A stretch of 43,706 nucleotides of DNA. It comes from a virus. Its lineage: Duplodnaviria; Caudoviricetes. The DNA lies in the IMG/VR virus record IMGVR_UViG_3300049889_000047, positions 1 to 43,706 of that record; one strand, written 5' to 3'. The position numbers were made by a program, and so were the translations under genes. Within the stretch, counting starts at the first letter, position 1, and the number at the start of each line of letters is the position of its first letter. Positions 35,986 through 43,706 of this stretch are shown here, piece by piece. The notes beneath the pieces are model-generated. The model worked only from the letters and a program-made list of their open reading frames with translations, was not told the origin of the DNA and did no database searches.

Positions 35986-37407
35986 TCAGAACGCAGGCGT
36001 GATCAACCCAGTTCCACTGATCTTGGACATAGCATTTGCATATCGCCTCATGCTGTAAGCAAAGTACCCATACAGGACTAATAGGATGCCAAGGTTAGCA
36101 GCCGCGGGCTGCTCACAACGCAAGAAAACGGGCGCTGCGGGATCTTCCCAGAGGTGACACTCGTCAGTAGCGACTACATACGCTTCGTCCTGGTTGGTGC
36201 CCGCGCCCAAGTTTGTGGCTATGTTGTTGTCCACTACCGCAACCATGCCGTTCGGCAGAATGCCTCTCGCGCCACGACCATAGGAGGTGGCGTAATTCTC
36301 GCCGCCGCGGTTGTCAGCGATGTTCGGCTGACCAAACAAGGGCCACTGAGAAGACAGCTGGCTCTGCAGCCAGTACCAGCGCCGGGAGTGCATCAGCACT
36401 ACGTCAGGCTGTGCGAAGCCCAGCAGTGCAGCCTCAGTAGCGGCAGCGCCGGCAAGGAACTTCGGCCACACCTCGACACCGGACGGGTTGGCGTCGGTGT
36501 AGGTGATTGCTGCAGCCACCGCAGACAGCCCAGTCGTCGCCTGGTTGATCAGTGTTGAGTCCAGGTTGGTGGCGTAACGACGGAAAAGATCGTCCATCAC
36601 GATTTCTTCGATGCCGGTGCCACGTTCCGCAGCCTGCCGAGAGATGGTCTGTTGTCCGGCCGCAGTCTGGATATTCTCCGTCAACAGCGTGTCGTCCATG
36701 TTGGTTTCGGAGACTGACGCGTTTTCTGTTGCTTGCGCAGCTACTGATGCCGGTGTTGTGATCTGCGAGATGTTGACCGTCATACCACTAGCAGGCAGGT
36801 CGTGATGATTACAAACGTCCGCAAATGGTCGTAAAGCTGCCACAGCTGGTGCATACATATCGGTGAGGTACTGAGGCACCGTGAGGCCAGTGAAAGCTCC
36901 TGTACCTACTGCTCGCTCTAGGTACTGACCACGCTCGATCTGCTCTTCGTGCATATGCTTGGCAAGTCGTGTGCTGGCTCCCACATCACCGAAGAGGTGC
37001 TGACGAATCACATCCTGACAGAAAGCCGCACCCTTGCGGTCGTTGCCCTTGTGATAGGTACGCTCTTCACGACCTACCCGCGTCACCTCATCGTAAGCAG
37101 GTTTACGCGTGCCAGTTGGGGTGATCTCCCGCGCTGTCTTCTGGTCGCTCATCTCTTCGGACTTCAACCGAAGAATCTTTGCTAGCTTATTGTTGATACC
37201 CTCAATGTCATGCTGTACTTGCGTACCCGCGACTTCTAGCTCGGCAACACGATTGTCCTCTTCAGGAGTGAGGTTAGATCGCCCCTCCTGACGTGCTTGG
37301 TTGATGATTGCTAGAATCTCCATACGCATTTTAGTGCGGCGCTTCTCAGCGGCTTCCTTCTCAAACTCGGTACCTGCTTCCAGATCCCCGATGGTAGTAC
37401 TCGGCAT
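35986..37407 (-). CDS. Major capsid protein (HK97 fold, N-terminal coiled-coil delta domain)
   Basis: Size and synteny; VPQYL, RPFAD, Q..EN, AGQQTISRQ. Confidence 0.9.
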   Translation of the reverse strand: MPSTTIGDLEAGTEFEKEAAEKRRTKMRMEILAIINQARQEGRSNLTPEEDNRVAELEVAGTQVQHDIEGINNKLAKILRLKSEEMSDQKTAREITPTGTRKPAYDEVTRVGREERTYHKGNDRKGAAFCQDVIRQHLFGDVGASTRLAKHMHEEQIERGQYLERAVGTGAFTGLTVPQYLTDMYAPAVAALRPFADVCNHHDLPASGMTVNISQITTPASVAAQATENASVSETNMDDTLLTENIQTAAGQQTISRQAAERGTGIEEIVMDDLFRRYATNLDSTLINQATTGLSAVAAAITYTDANPSGVEVWPKFLAGAAATEAALLGFAQPDVVLMHSRRWYWLQSQLSSQWPLFGQPNIADNRGGENYATSYGRGARGILPNGMVAVVDNNIATNLGAGTNQDEAYVVATDECHLWEDPAAPVFLRCEQPAAANLGILLVLYGYFAYSMRRYANAMSKISGTGLITPAF

Positions 37408-37428
37408 AGCGGTCCATCCTTCCACTCA

Positions 37429-37627
37429 TTGACCGCCAGAGGCGGGGGTCTATAATCACTACATGACAAATGAACCAAGTAACTATGACTATGCAATGTC
37501 CGCGCTTAATAGAGGTACGTTAGATCACAATGAAACAGCAATAGTTTCAGCATTATTAGCAATAGCTGACGCCATTAAAGAAACAAAAGGATCTAACTAC
37601 ATTTACCATAAACCTGCAGTTAATTAA
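37429..37627 (+). CDS. 54-aa antisense-inserted gene (ORF 37463-37627) with its promoter (not in ORF track)
   Basis: TTGACC-16-TATAAT-6 nt-ATG; MTNEPSNYDY...ALLAIADAIKE...; TTAA stop overlap with the protease gene. Confidence 0.7.
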
Positions 37628-38448
37628 CCTTCGTCAGCGAGTAATGCGCTGCGAATCAAACTTATCGACCGACCGTTAGCTCGTTTCTCTTCAGGCTTAT
37701 CAAATCGAGCCTGTAGCTGAGTTAATGCTGCTCTAGCGGCACCGGAGGGGAGCCGGTCAACTTCGTTAAGGAGTCGATGCGCTCTTGCTGAAATGCTAGT
37801 GTGCGGGTTAGCTCCGTAATTAACCGCTGATACGTCTCCGCAGTGCAAGTCGAGTTCCAGCATGGTGAAGGTCGTGTACTCATCATCCCACTCACCTTCC
37901 TGCAGCATAGCGGCGAAACTCATCTGGTCGACACAACCGTCTTTGATCGCCACCATGAGATCCGAGACGTCAGTGCGCAGCGGATTGAGCCATGCTTCGG
38001 TAGCCAGGCCATCGTCACTAGAACTGAGTTTCAATGTGGCGTTAGTAGTACGCGCCATAGTCAGGCCCTTGTGGTTAACCAAAAACGCTACATCAGGTTG
38101 TCGGGACAATGATGCATCGAATGCTCGCCCACTGACTTTCTCGGTATATGGGCCGAACATATCCCACATCTCATACGGCGTCTCCACAACAGAAGCCACC
38201 CCAGATAGCCGGTGCCAGAGACTGTCACCGTCATCCTGTGGTGCTCTGGCACACTCGCACGTGGTATCAGAGCAGCCACGGCGGTGCAGGCCGGCTGTCA
38301 GCTGTGCGGGAAACGCCAGCGTGCGAGAGGTGCCAACATCGAGTGGCTGTGCTGAGCGTGCCAGCTTCAGCCCTGGCACGTCAGTGTTCTCGATCGCCTC
38401 CCGGCGCATACGTGCGGCACCGGCCCGCGTCACCTCTAGATCGATCAC
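37624..38448 (-). CDS. HK97-type prohead protease
   Basis: G.ASV.E.PYEM.D.FGPYTE, FLVNH.G, QMSFA, GDVSAVNYGANP; start moved to GTG 38448 after AAGGGAG. Confidence 0.9.
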   Translation of the reverse strand: MIDLEVTRAGAARMRREAIENTDVPGLKLARSAQPLDVGTSRTLAFPAQLTAGLHRRGCSDTTCECARAPQDDGDSLWHRLSGVASVVETPYEMWDMFGPYTEKVSGRAFDASLSRQPDVAFLVNHKGLTMARTTNATLKLSSSDDGLATEAWLNPLRTDVSDLMVAIKDGCVDQMSFAAMLQEGEWDDEYTTFTMLELDLHCGDVSAVNYGANPHTSISARAHRLLNEVDRLPSGAARAALTQLQARFDKPEEKRANGRSISLIRSALLADEG

Positions 38449-38458
38449 GCGGTCTCCC

Positions 38459-38497
38459 TTGCTCTGGCAGTACAGTCTGTGGTAGTATCTAGCTATG
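38459..38497 (+). promoter_or_regulatory. Conserved leaderless promoter element
   Basis: ctccc-TTGCTC-tggcagtacagtctgtgg(18)-TAGTAT-6 nt-ATG. Confidence 0.85.
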
Positions 38498-38683
38498 GCT
38501 AAAACACGCAATTTACACATAACTCACGATTGCTACACCGCTGCTATGGACGCATACCGAGATAGCGCCCTAGCCGACATCAAAAGTATGCAGCCTATAA
38601 ACACTGAAAAAGCAATTCAACTAGCTGTTGATGCGGCACTTAATGTTCACATTAAGCGTTGCTCGGAGCCTTCACACCACTAG
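38495..38683 (+). CDS. Antisense-inserted small protein
   Basis: Directly after the promoter; converges on 38652. Confidence 0.7.
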   Translation: MAKTRNLHITHDCYTAAMDAYRDSALADIKSMQPINTEKAIQLAVDAALNVHIKRCSEPSHH

Positions 38684-39176
38684 GCGTATTCGGCACTCCA
38701 GTGTCATTAGGAGCTGGTGTCGTCGAATTAGCGTTCGAGTCATCGTCATCAATCGTCAGATCACCATGCAGCGGCTCGAAATCATCGGCATCACCAGCGG
38801 ACTTCTGAATGCCTACTGCTTCGTCAGCGTCCTTCTTGTCCTTGTCTTTCTCGTCTTCGGTAGCGGCATCTTTCTTTACCGAGATCTTCTCTTTATCGTC
38901 AGCGAACAAAGAAGCATCATCCTTCTTACCGGTTTCCTTCGGCTTACCGGTGTTGCTCTTAGTGTCAGCTCGATCCAAGGTCGCAGCTCGCGCCAGCTCA
39001 CCTACGCGGAAACTGCTGGCCTGGCGCTGGCTGATCGGTGTCACGTTCTGCTGAGTAGCTGGCGGTGTCGCAGCACCCGGGCGAAACGTGCCGGTGCGTG
39101 CGCGGTTGACAGTCACGAGAGATCTCCCTTGCGTTGGCAATATGTAATGATGCTGACGGTGGTAAGTAATTTTCAA
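38652..39176 (-). CDS. Charged low-complexity hypothetical protein
   Basis: Asp/Lys-rich; between portal and protease; start uncertain. Confidence 0.55.
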   Translation of the reverse strand: MKITYHRQHHYILPTQGRSLVTVNRARTGTFRPGAATPPATQQNVTPISQRQASSFRVGELARAATLDRADTKSNTGKPKETGKKDDASLFADDKEKISVKKDAATEDEKDKDKKDADEAVGIQKSAGDADDFEPLHGDLTIDDDDSNANSTTPAPNDTGVPNTPSGVKAPSNA

Positions 39177-39227
39177 GAAGCCCTCTTGTCTTAATCACAT
39201 GCACGCCATGTGACGGAATTAGCTTCA

Positions 39228-40457
39228 CTAAGCATCACTCTCCGCAGGTACTGGAGCAGTAGGTGACGGTGTTGCCGGTCCAGGCTGCGGACGCGGAGGC
39301 CACAATTGGTCGAACTCAGCTCTATCCGCTGCGGTTAATGGCGGCCGATCATCGAGCAAGCGAGCTTCCGACGGCGTCAGCACACGGCCAGCCACCTGAA
39401 GGTTGATGATCTGTGCTTGCGTCAGCGGATCCATGCGAAGCAATGCTTTGGTGTTGAGTTTGCAGAACTGACGATTAGGCAGCAGCTTGTTAAGGCTGTT
39501 CTCACGACGGTTTATCGTTGGACCTAGACTCATCGTCAAGAACTGCAGGTTCCGCTGTGTTACATTTGCATAGGTCACTGCTGAGCCAGAGATAGCCGAG
39601 TCGATAAGGTCACTAGGGCAGTCGAAAAACCGTGCTATATCTGTAGGCCCTAACTTACGCGCCTCGATCCATTCCATTCCCGTCTGCTCAGCTTGGACCA
39701 TGTTGTATTCCCAGTCCTTGCCGGTGACCAGCACATCACCAGACGCTACCGATTCTTTAACCAATGCTTTGACATCTCGCATCTGGTCACGAGTCGGAGT
39801 AGGGAGCATGGTGTTCTGCAGGTGCCCACGCGGGATACCACCGTTAGTGAACCATGAGATAGCGAAGTCCTGAATACTCAGATGCTCACCGATACTCCAG
39901 GCAGCGTACATAATCGGAGACAACCCAAGGTGAAATCCTGCGACTGTGTACTGCTTCTCATGCCAAATCTGCCGCGGTGGGTAAGGATGGCCACGAATGA
40001 AATACTCAACTAACACATTGTCCACGATGTTCACCGACACCCAGGCGAGCGGCACCAGCTGAATCACAGCTGGTAAACCGAAGCCGTTACGTTCGGTAAT
40101 CAGACCAATGCTATTGCCTGCTCTGTCTAAGTCGAACTGAGTTGAATACATCCACTCCATATAGTCAACACATTCACCACCTGGACTGATCAGGATCGGT
40201 GGCTTGCTCACCTCAACGTCGGCAATGCCGTACTGACCCTTGCGATAGCAGTCGATCGGGAACGTCGAGATCAGGTTAGCCCGCAGTCGCAGGCACGCCC
40301 ACACAGCAGAGTGACGTAGTGCCGAGTCGTTGTTGATCATATGACCCGGTGCGAGTTGCATGCTCATGCGGTGCGGGATTATTTCAGCAGCCAGCGCACC
40401 GGGGTACTCCCCGAAATAGGGACCTTCGATGTTGGCTGTCCTGAAGAGCAAGCTCAT
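39228..40457 (-). CDS. HK97-family portal protein
   Basis: ALRHSAVWACLRL, GLSPI, F.NGG.P.G, IARFF, TYANV. Confidence 0.93.
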   Translation of the reverse strand: MSLLFRTANIEGPYFGEYPGALAAEIIPHRMSMQLAPGHMINNDSALRHSAVWACLRLRANLISTFPIDCYRKGQYGIADVEVSKPPILISPGGECVDYMEWMYSTQFDLDRAGNSIGLITERNGFGLPAVIQLVPLAWVSVNIVDNVLVEYFIRGHPYPPRQIWHEKQYTVAGFHLGLSPIMYAAWSIGEHLSIQDFAISWFTNGGIPRGHLQNTMLPTPTRDQMRDVKALVKESVASGDVLVTGKDWEYNMVQAEQTGMEWIEARKLGPTDIARFFDCPSDLIDSAISGSAVTYANVTQRNLQFLTMSLGPTINRRENSLNKLLPNRQFCKLNTKALLRMDPLTQAQIINLQVAGRVLTPSEARLLDDRPPLTAADRAEFDQLWPPRPQPGPATPSPTAPVPAESDA

Positions 40458-40792
40458 CCGCCGTCTTCACCACCAGAACGCACAGACCAATACATCTGAC
40501 CAGACTCAAATCCTGGGGGAGCTGTTAGATCGTGGCAATGATAACTAAACTCATCATGATCATGGCATACGCGGCCAGTCCACTGTGCCGGGTGACAATG
40601 TGGGTCACCAACCCAGTGAGCTAACGGAGACGAGTCACTCATCAAAGGCTCCTGCTCAACTCGAACACCAACGGCCAGGACAGCGCTACCGACAGCACCC
40701 GCAACCGGTCCAACTACATCTCCAGCTGCTCTACGTCTGTGCAGCTAGCGCACAGTGCAGTCTGGTCTTCGGAGCACGGCATGCAGTCTCCC

Positions 40793-40832
40793 TTGCTCTG
40801 GCAGTACAGTCTGTGATAGTATCTGAACTATG
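40793..40832 (+). promoter_or_regulatory. Conserved leaderless promoter element
   Basis: ctccc-TTGCTC-tggcagtacagtctgtga(18)-TAGTAT-7 nt-ATG. Confidence 0.85.
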
Positions 40833-41057
40833 AAACGCGAAGAAATGTACGACATCATTGTGGCACATATTCGGTGCAAAGCACGTGAAAAATTACGTCT
40901 CAGTGTTGATTTTGAGTGGTGTGATGAAGTACTCAATGAACTACGTAATGATAAATACCAAGAATCATTGCTTGGGCAAGCTGCGAAGCTAGTAACTACG
41001 CAGTCCGTTGTTCGTAAAGCTAATAAACTACCTATCTACACTGAAAGTAGATCATAA
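40830..41057 (+). CDS. Antisense-inserted small protein
   Basis: Directly after the promoter; 3' end overlaps the - strand stop at 41052. Confidence 0.7.
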   Translation: MKREEMYDIIVAHIRCKAREKLRLSVDFEWCDEVLNELRNDKYQESLLGQAAKLVTTQSVVRKANKLPIYTESRS

Positions 41058-41291
41058 GATCTTCTTTGCAACAGGGGGCGGTGACATCTCGCGCTGGCGT
41101 CGGGCGACGAGCGCAGCAGCGCCCAGCAGCACGACGCCGGTCACCGCCAGCCCAGCCCAGCCGATCCAGACAGCCGCCAGGAAGCCCAGCCCACCCGCTA
41201 CCAACAGGATGCCCAGCACCTCCAGCGCCAAGATCACGATCTCATGTATCAGCCGCACAGAGCAGGAGACTAACCATACTTGCATCAGCAC
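41052..41291 (-). CDS. Small 2-TM protein upstream of portal (start uncertain)
   Basis: Hydrophobic hairpin, commonly seen between terminase and portal. Confidence 0.6.
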   Translation of the reverse strand: MLMQVWLVSCSVRLIHEIVILALEVLGILLVAGGLGFLAAVWIGWAGLAVTGVVLLGAAALVARRQREMSPPPVAKKIL

Positions 41292-41662
41292 TACTTATCG
41301 GGGCTCTAGCTACATTCTTAATGCTAACTCTCACTGCTTGGTCATGCGTGCTGATTCAATATCACACAAGACAAATTATGGAATATCAAGAAACCCTTGT
41401 CAAGTTAGCTATCCGTCAGGACACTGCGGTGTCGTCCGACCCATCAGCTCATAGGCTAGCGTAGCCAAACCCCACCAAGCCAGTCCCGCTATACTCACGA
41501 TCAGGAGTTTTCTCATGACTAAGTCAGATTTCGATAAAGATCCAAAATGCACTTGTAATTACCCCGCACTGCCTATTCGTTTAACTATTTTTCAGTGGCC
41601 ATCATGAAACTTGTCCTCACCCAAATCGAAATCGCACGTCAATTTAACCAAAATTTGAGCAA

Positions 41663-43111
41663 TCAGCACATTGACTCCAGCACATCGTAAGCTCGCGCTC
41701 CGTACACCGCTAACCCATGCAACGCCAGTGCAATAGCGAGTACCGGCGATACGCTGTCCTCACTACGTCGGCGACTGAAACTCCACAGGCCATCACCGAT
41801 GTCTCGTTTCTGTGCGATTCGGATTGCTTCCGCTACACAAGGCTGGTTGAGGTGGCGCAACTCGTCTATCGCAGTCGTCGCCTTGTGCAGCGCACCGCAC
41901 GCCTGACCTAACTCGCGCACCCCAACTAGCTCAGGTTCGATGCCCGCAGCTCGCAGATCTTCCAGCAGCGCTCCTGCCGGTCCCGCTGGGTCAAGTACCC
42001 AGGCTGCCGGCGACCACTGCTCCTGCAGCTCTACAGCGCGTTCTACCAGCCACGTCACACCCTGGCGATGATCCAGCACATCGTCCCAGCTAGTAACCTC
42101 GACGTGCGGGATACCGTCAGACCGGTAGCCGCTGACCGCGATGCAGCCGTGCGACAGGTCTTCGTCTACTTCGATCGAGAACACCATCGGGCTAGTGATC
42201 ACCGACAGCGGGTCAGCCAACAATGACCATAGATTAAGATCAATGATCGGAGCGCCCAGCGGATCATCCCAGACACCTAAGACTTCTCTGGCAAACTGAT
42301 CTTCTGGCATTGATCGTTGTGCTATCTGCAGTGTCTTAATCTTGATACGTATTCCAACAGCAGGATTAGACTGTGCTAAAGCTGCCGGCATATTGGCGAC
42401 ATACTCAGGTGCTGCCTGGTAGACCTCACTCGGTACCGACCACTCGTAGTAGGCCAGCCCAGGATCTTTTGCTATCCCACGGTTGCGCACCCTGCGTAGT
42501 GCGTCAGAATCTTTCTGGCCAGCACTGGAGATATACCATATCTGCCAGTTCTGCCGAGCGAATAGAATCGGCATTAACGCACCTATCTGAGCCGCTGCCA
42601 ACGCGAACGCCTCATCCATAAGGATCACATCATATCCCGACCAGCCACGGGCACTCGTCGGGGTTCGAGCGACGAAATCAAGTCTCGCACCGGATTTCAG
42701 CGTAATAGAGTAGTCATTGGTAGACTGATTAACTCGTTTCACTTCACGATCAAGATCTGGTGCGCTCTCTATCATTCGGACGGTTTCTGCATGGATCTTC
42801 TGCGTTGTCGTCATGATATGACTGGTGTAGATCACTCGCGACTTCATCAAGAACATCGCATGCAGTGCAGCCACTTGCATGGTCACTGTCTTGATGTTTT
42901 GTCTAGGCACAACCAAGCCGACCTCAGGTGCTGACCACTCGCCGTCCTCCGTGTGCCCTAGTGCTCCCCACAAGATCCGCTTCTGGGACGGATCCATCGG
43001 CTTGTCGGTCAACGCAGCCAGCTCGATCGCATCAGCACCGGAGCTGGTGACCCACGGCGGCACCGACTCGATCCGCGGCACCTGACTGCCGACCAGCTTA
43101 GGAGCAGCCAT
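41663..43111 (-). CDS. terL: Terminase large subunit
   Basis: VPRQNIKT Walker A region, RG...D.ILMDEA Walker B, SSAG, NPA.G, F.RE.LG.W. Confidence 0.93.
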   Translation of the reverse strand: MAAPKLVGSQVPRIESVPPWVTSSGADAIELAALTDKPMDPSQKRILWGALGHTEDGEWSAPEVGLVVPRQNIKTVTMQVAALHAMFLMKSRVIYTSHIMTTTQKIHAETVRMIESAPDLDREVKRVNQSTNDYSITLKSGARLDFVARTPTSARGWSGYDVILMDEAFALAAAQIGALMPILFARQNWQIWYISSAGQKDSDALRRVRNRGIAKDPGLAYYEWSVPSEVYQAAPEYVANMPAALAQSNPAVGIRIKIKTLQIAQRSMPEDQFAREVLGVWDDPLGAPIIDLNLWSLLADPLSVITSPMVFSIEVDEDLSHGCIAVSGYRSDGIPHVEVTSWDDVLDHRQGVTWLVERAVELQEQWSPAAWVLDPAGPAGALLEDLRAAGIEPELVGVRELGQACGALHKATTAIDELRHLNQPCVAEAIRIAQKRDIGDGLWSFSRRRSEDSVSPVLAIALALHGLAVYGARAYDVLESMC

Positions 43112-43120
43112 CTAGCTCCC

Positions 43121-43158
43121 TTGCTTGACAGTGCAGTTTGTGGTAGTGTCTAAACATG
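43121..43158 (+). promoter_or_regulatory. Conserved leaderless promoter element
   Basis: ctccc-TTGCTT-gacagtgcagtttgtgg(17)-TAGTGT-6 nt-ATG. Confidence 0.85.
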
Positions 43159-43428
43159 AATATCGATGATCTCAGAGCTAAGTGGTGCGGTTCAATGGTT
43201 CGTACCGAACGTCCACTCACTGCTGAGGAATTTCTTATATGGTGCCCCATAGGAGTTCTTAACGAAGACTGGTTTCCAGGGTATAAATTCGGCGGTGAAG
43301 GCGTTGTTGTTGGCTTTCACGAACATGATGGCAAGATCTGGCTTGAAACTGACTGGGGTATGGACTGGGTTATCGATGATCAAACAGAAATCATGACTGT
43401 CGATAGAACAAATCCATACGTCTACTGA
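43156..43428 (+). CDS. Antisense-inserted small protein between the terminase subunits
   Basis: Directly after the promoter; ends 2 nt from the - strand stop at 43431. Confidence 0.7.
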   Translation: MNIDDLRAKWCGSMVRTERPLTAEEFLIWCPIGVLNEDWFPGYKFGGEGVVVGFHEHDGKIWLETDWGMDWVIDDQTEIMTVDRTNPYVY

Positions 43429-43430
43429 AG

Positions 43431-43706
43431 TTATCCACTGCTCAACCGCTTCTCACGCTTAGCTCTAATCCGGTCCAGGTCGTTACTCTTCGGTCGCCCC
43501 AGCGCGACCCGTTCTTTCTCCTGCGCCAGCTTGCGCAACTCCGCTAGTACCCGCTGCAGTGCACAACCGCTCGGCTGGTGGCCCTGGTCGAACGCCAGAG
43601 CGTGCTGACGCCCGATCTGGATCAGGCCGCACTCCCGCTCCACCAGCTCAGCAGGCAGCAGACGTACCTGAGCGAGGTAAGAACCCAGCGCAGTCGGACC
43701 AGACAT
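43431..43706 (-). CDS. Probable terminase small subunit
   Basis: Upstream of terL; L.RVLAELR...DLDRIRAKR C-terminus. Confidence 0.6.
   Translation of the reverse strand: MSGPTALGSYLAQVRLLPAELVERECGLIQIGRQHALAFDQGHQPSGCALQRVLAELRKLAQEKERVALGRPKSNDLDRIRAKREKRLSSG

Noticed and set aside
38449-38520. ORF-track N-terminal extension of the protease (similar extensions at 15844-16098 and 11829-11933)
   Set aside because: The extensions run through promoter elements or neighbouring genes; better starts with an RBS or coupling exist downstream
23752-43158. Repeated element as CRISPR repeats or integron attC sites
   Set aside because: Copies are kilobases apart, non-palindromic and promoter-shaped; no cas or integrase gene is in the window
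1-43706. tRNA/rRNA genes, integrase or att sites, IS elements
   Set aside because: None recognised by eye; tRNAscan-SE and Rfam were not run

Overview
A ~43.7 kb segment of an actinobacterial tailed phage (free or prophage; no integrase or att site in the window). Bases ~1-10.5 kb are mostly + strand early/accessory genes: an FtsK/TraB-like translocase, a GIY-YIG-like nuclease, many tiny coupled ORFs, a SufS-like cysteine desulfurase, secreted proteins and lsr2. Bases ~10.6-43.7 kb are a - strand late region running from terminase small/large, portal, prohead protease, HK97-type capsid, head-tail, tail, chaperone, a short tape measure, minor tails and fibre-like proteins to membrane/holin genes, a DUF1906-type endolysin and a permuted papain-like amidase, with three HNH/endonuclease VII genes inserted. 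The main unexplained pattern is about ten short, relatively AT-rich + strand genes or mini-ORF units slotted antisense between consecutive late genes. Seven of them, plus one cassette in the early region, start from one conserved leaderless promoter element (T[T/A]Gnnn-17/18 bp spacer containing (C)AGTRCAGnnTGTGR-TAGYNT-6/7 nt-ATG/GTG). In most copies the left end of this element is also the Shine-Dalgarno of the next - strand gene, and the inserted genes end stop-to-stop with the preceding late gene with no terminator. All calls come from reading motifs and synteny; no database search was run.
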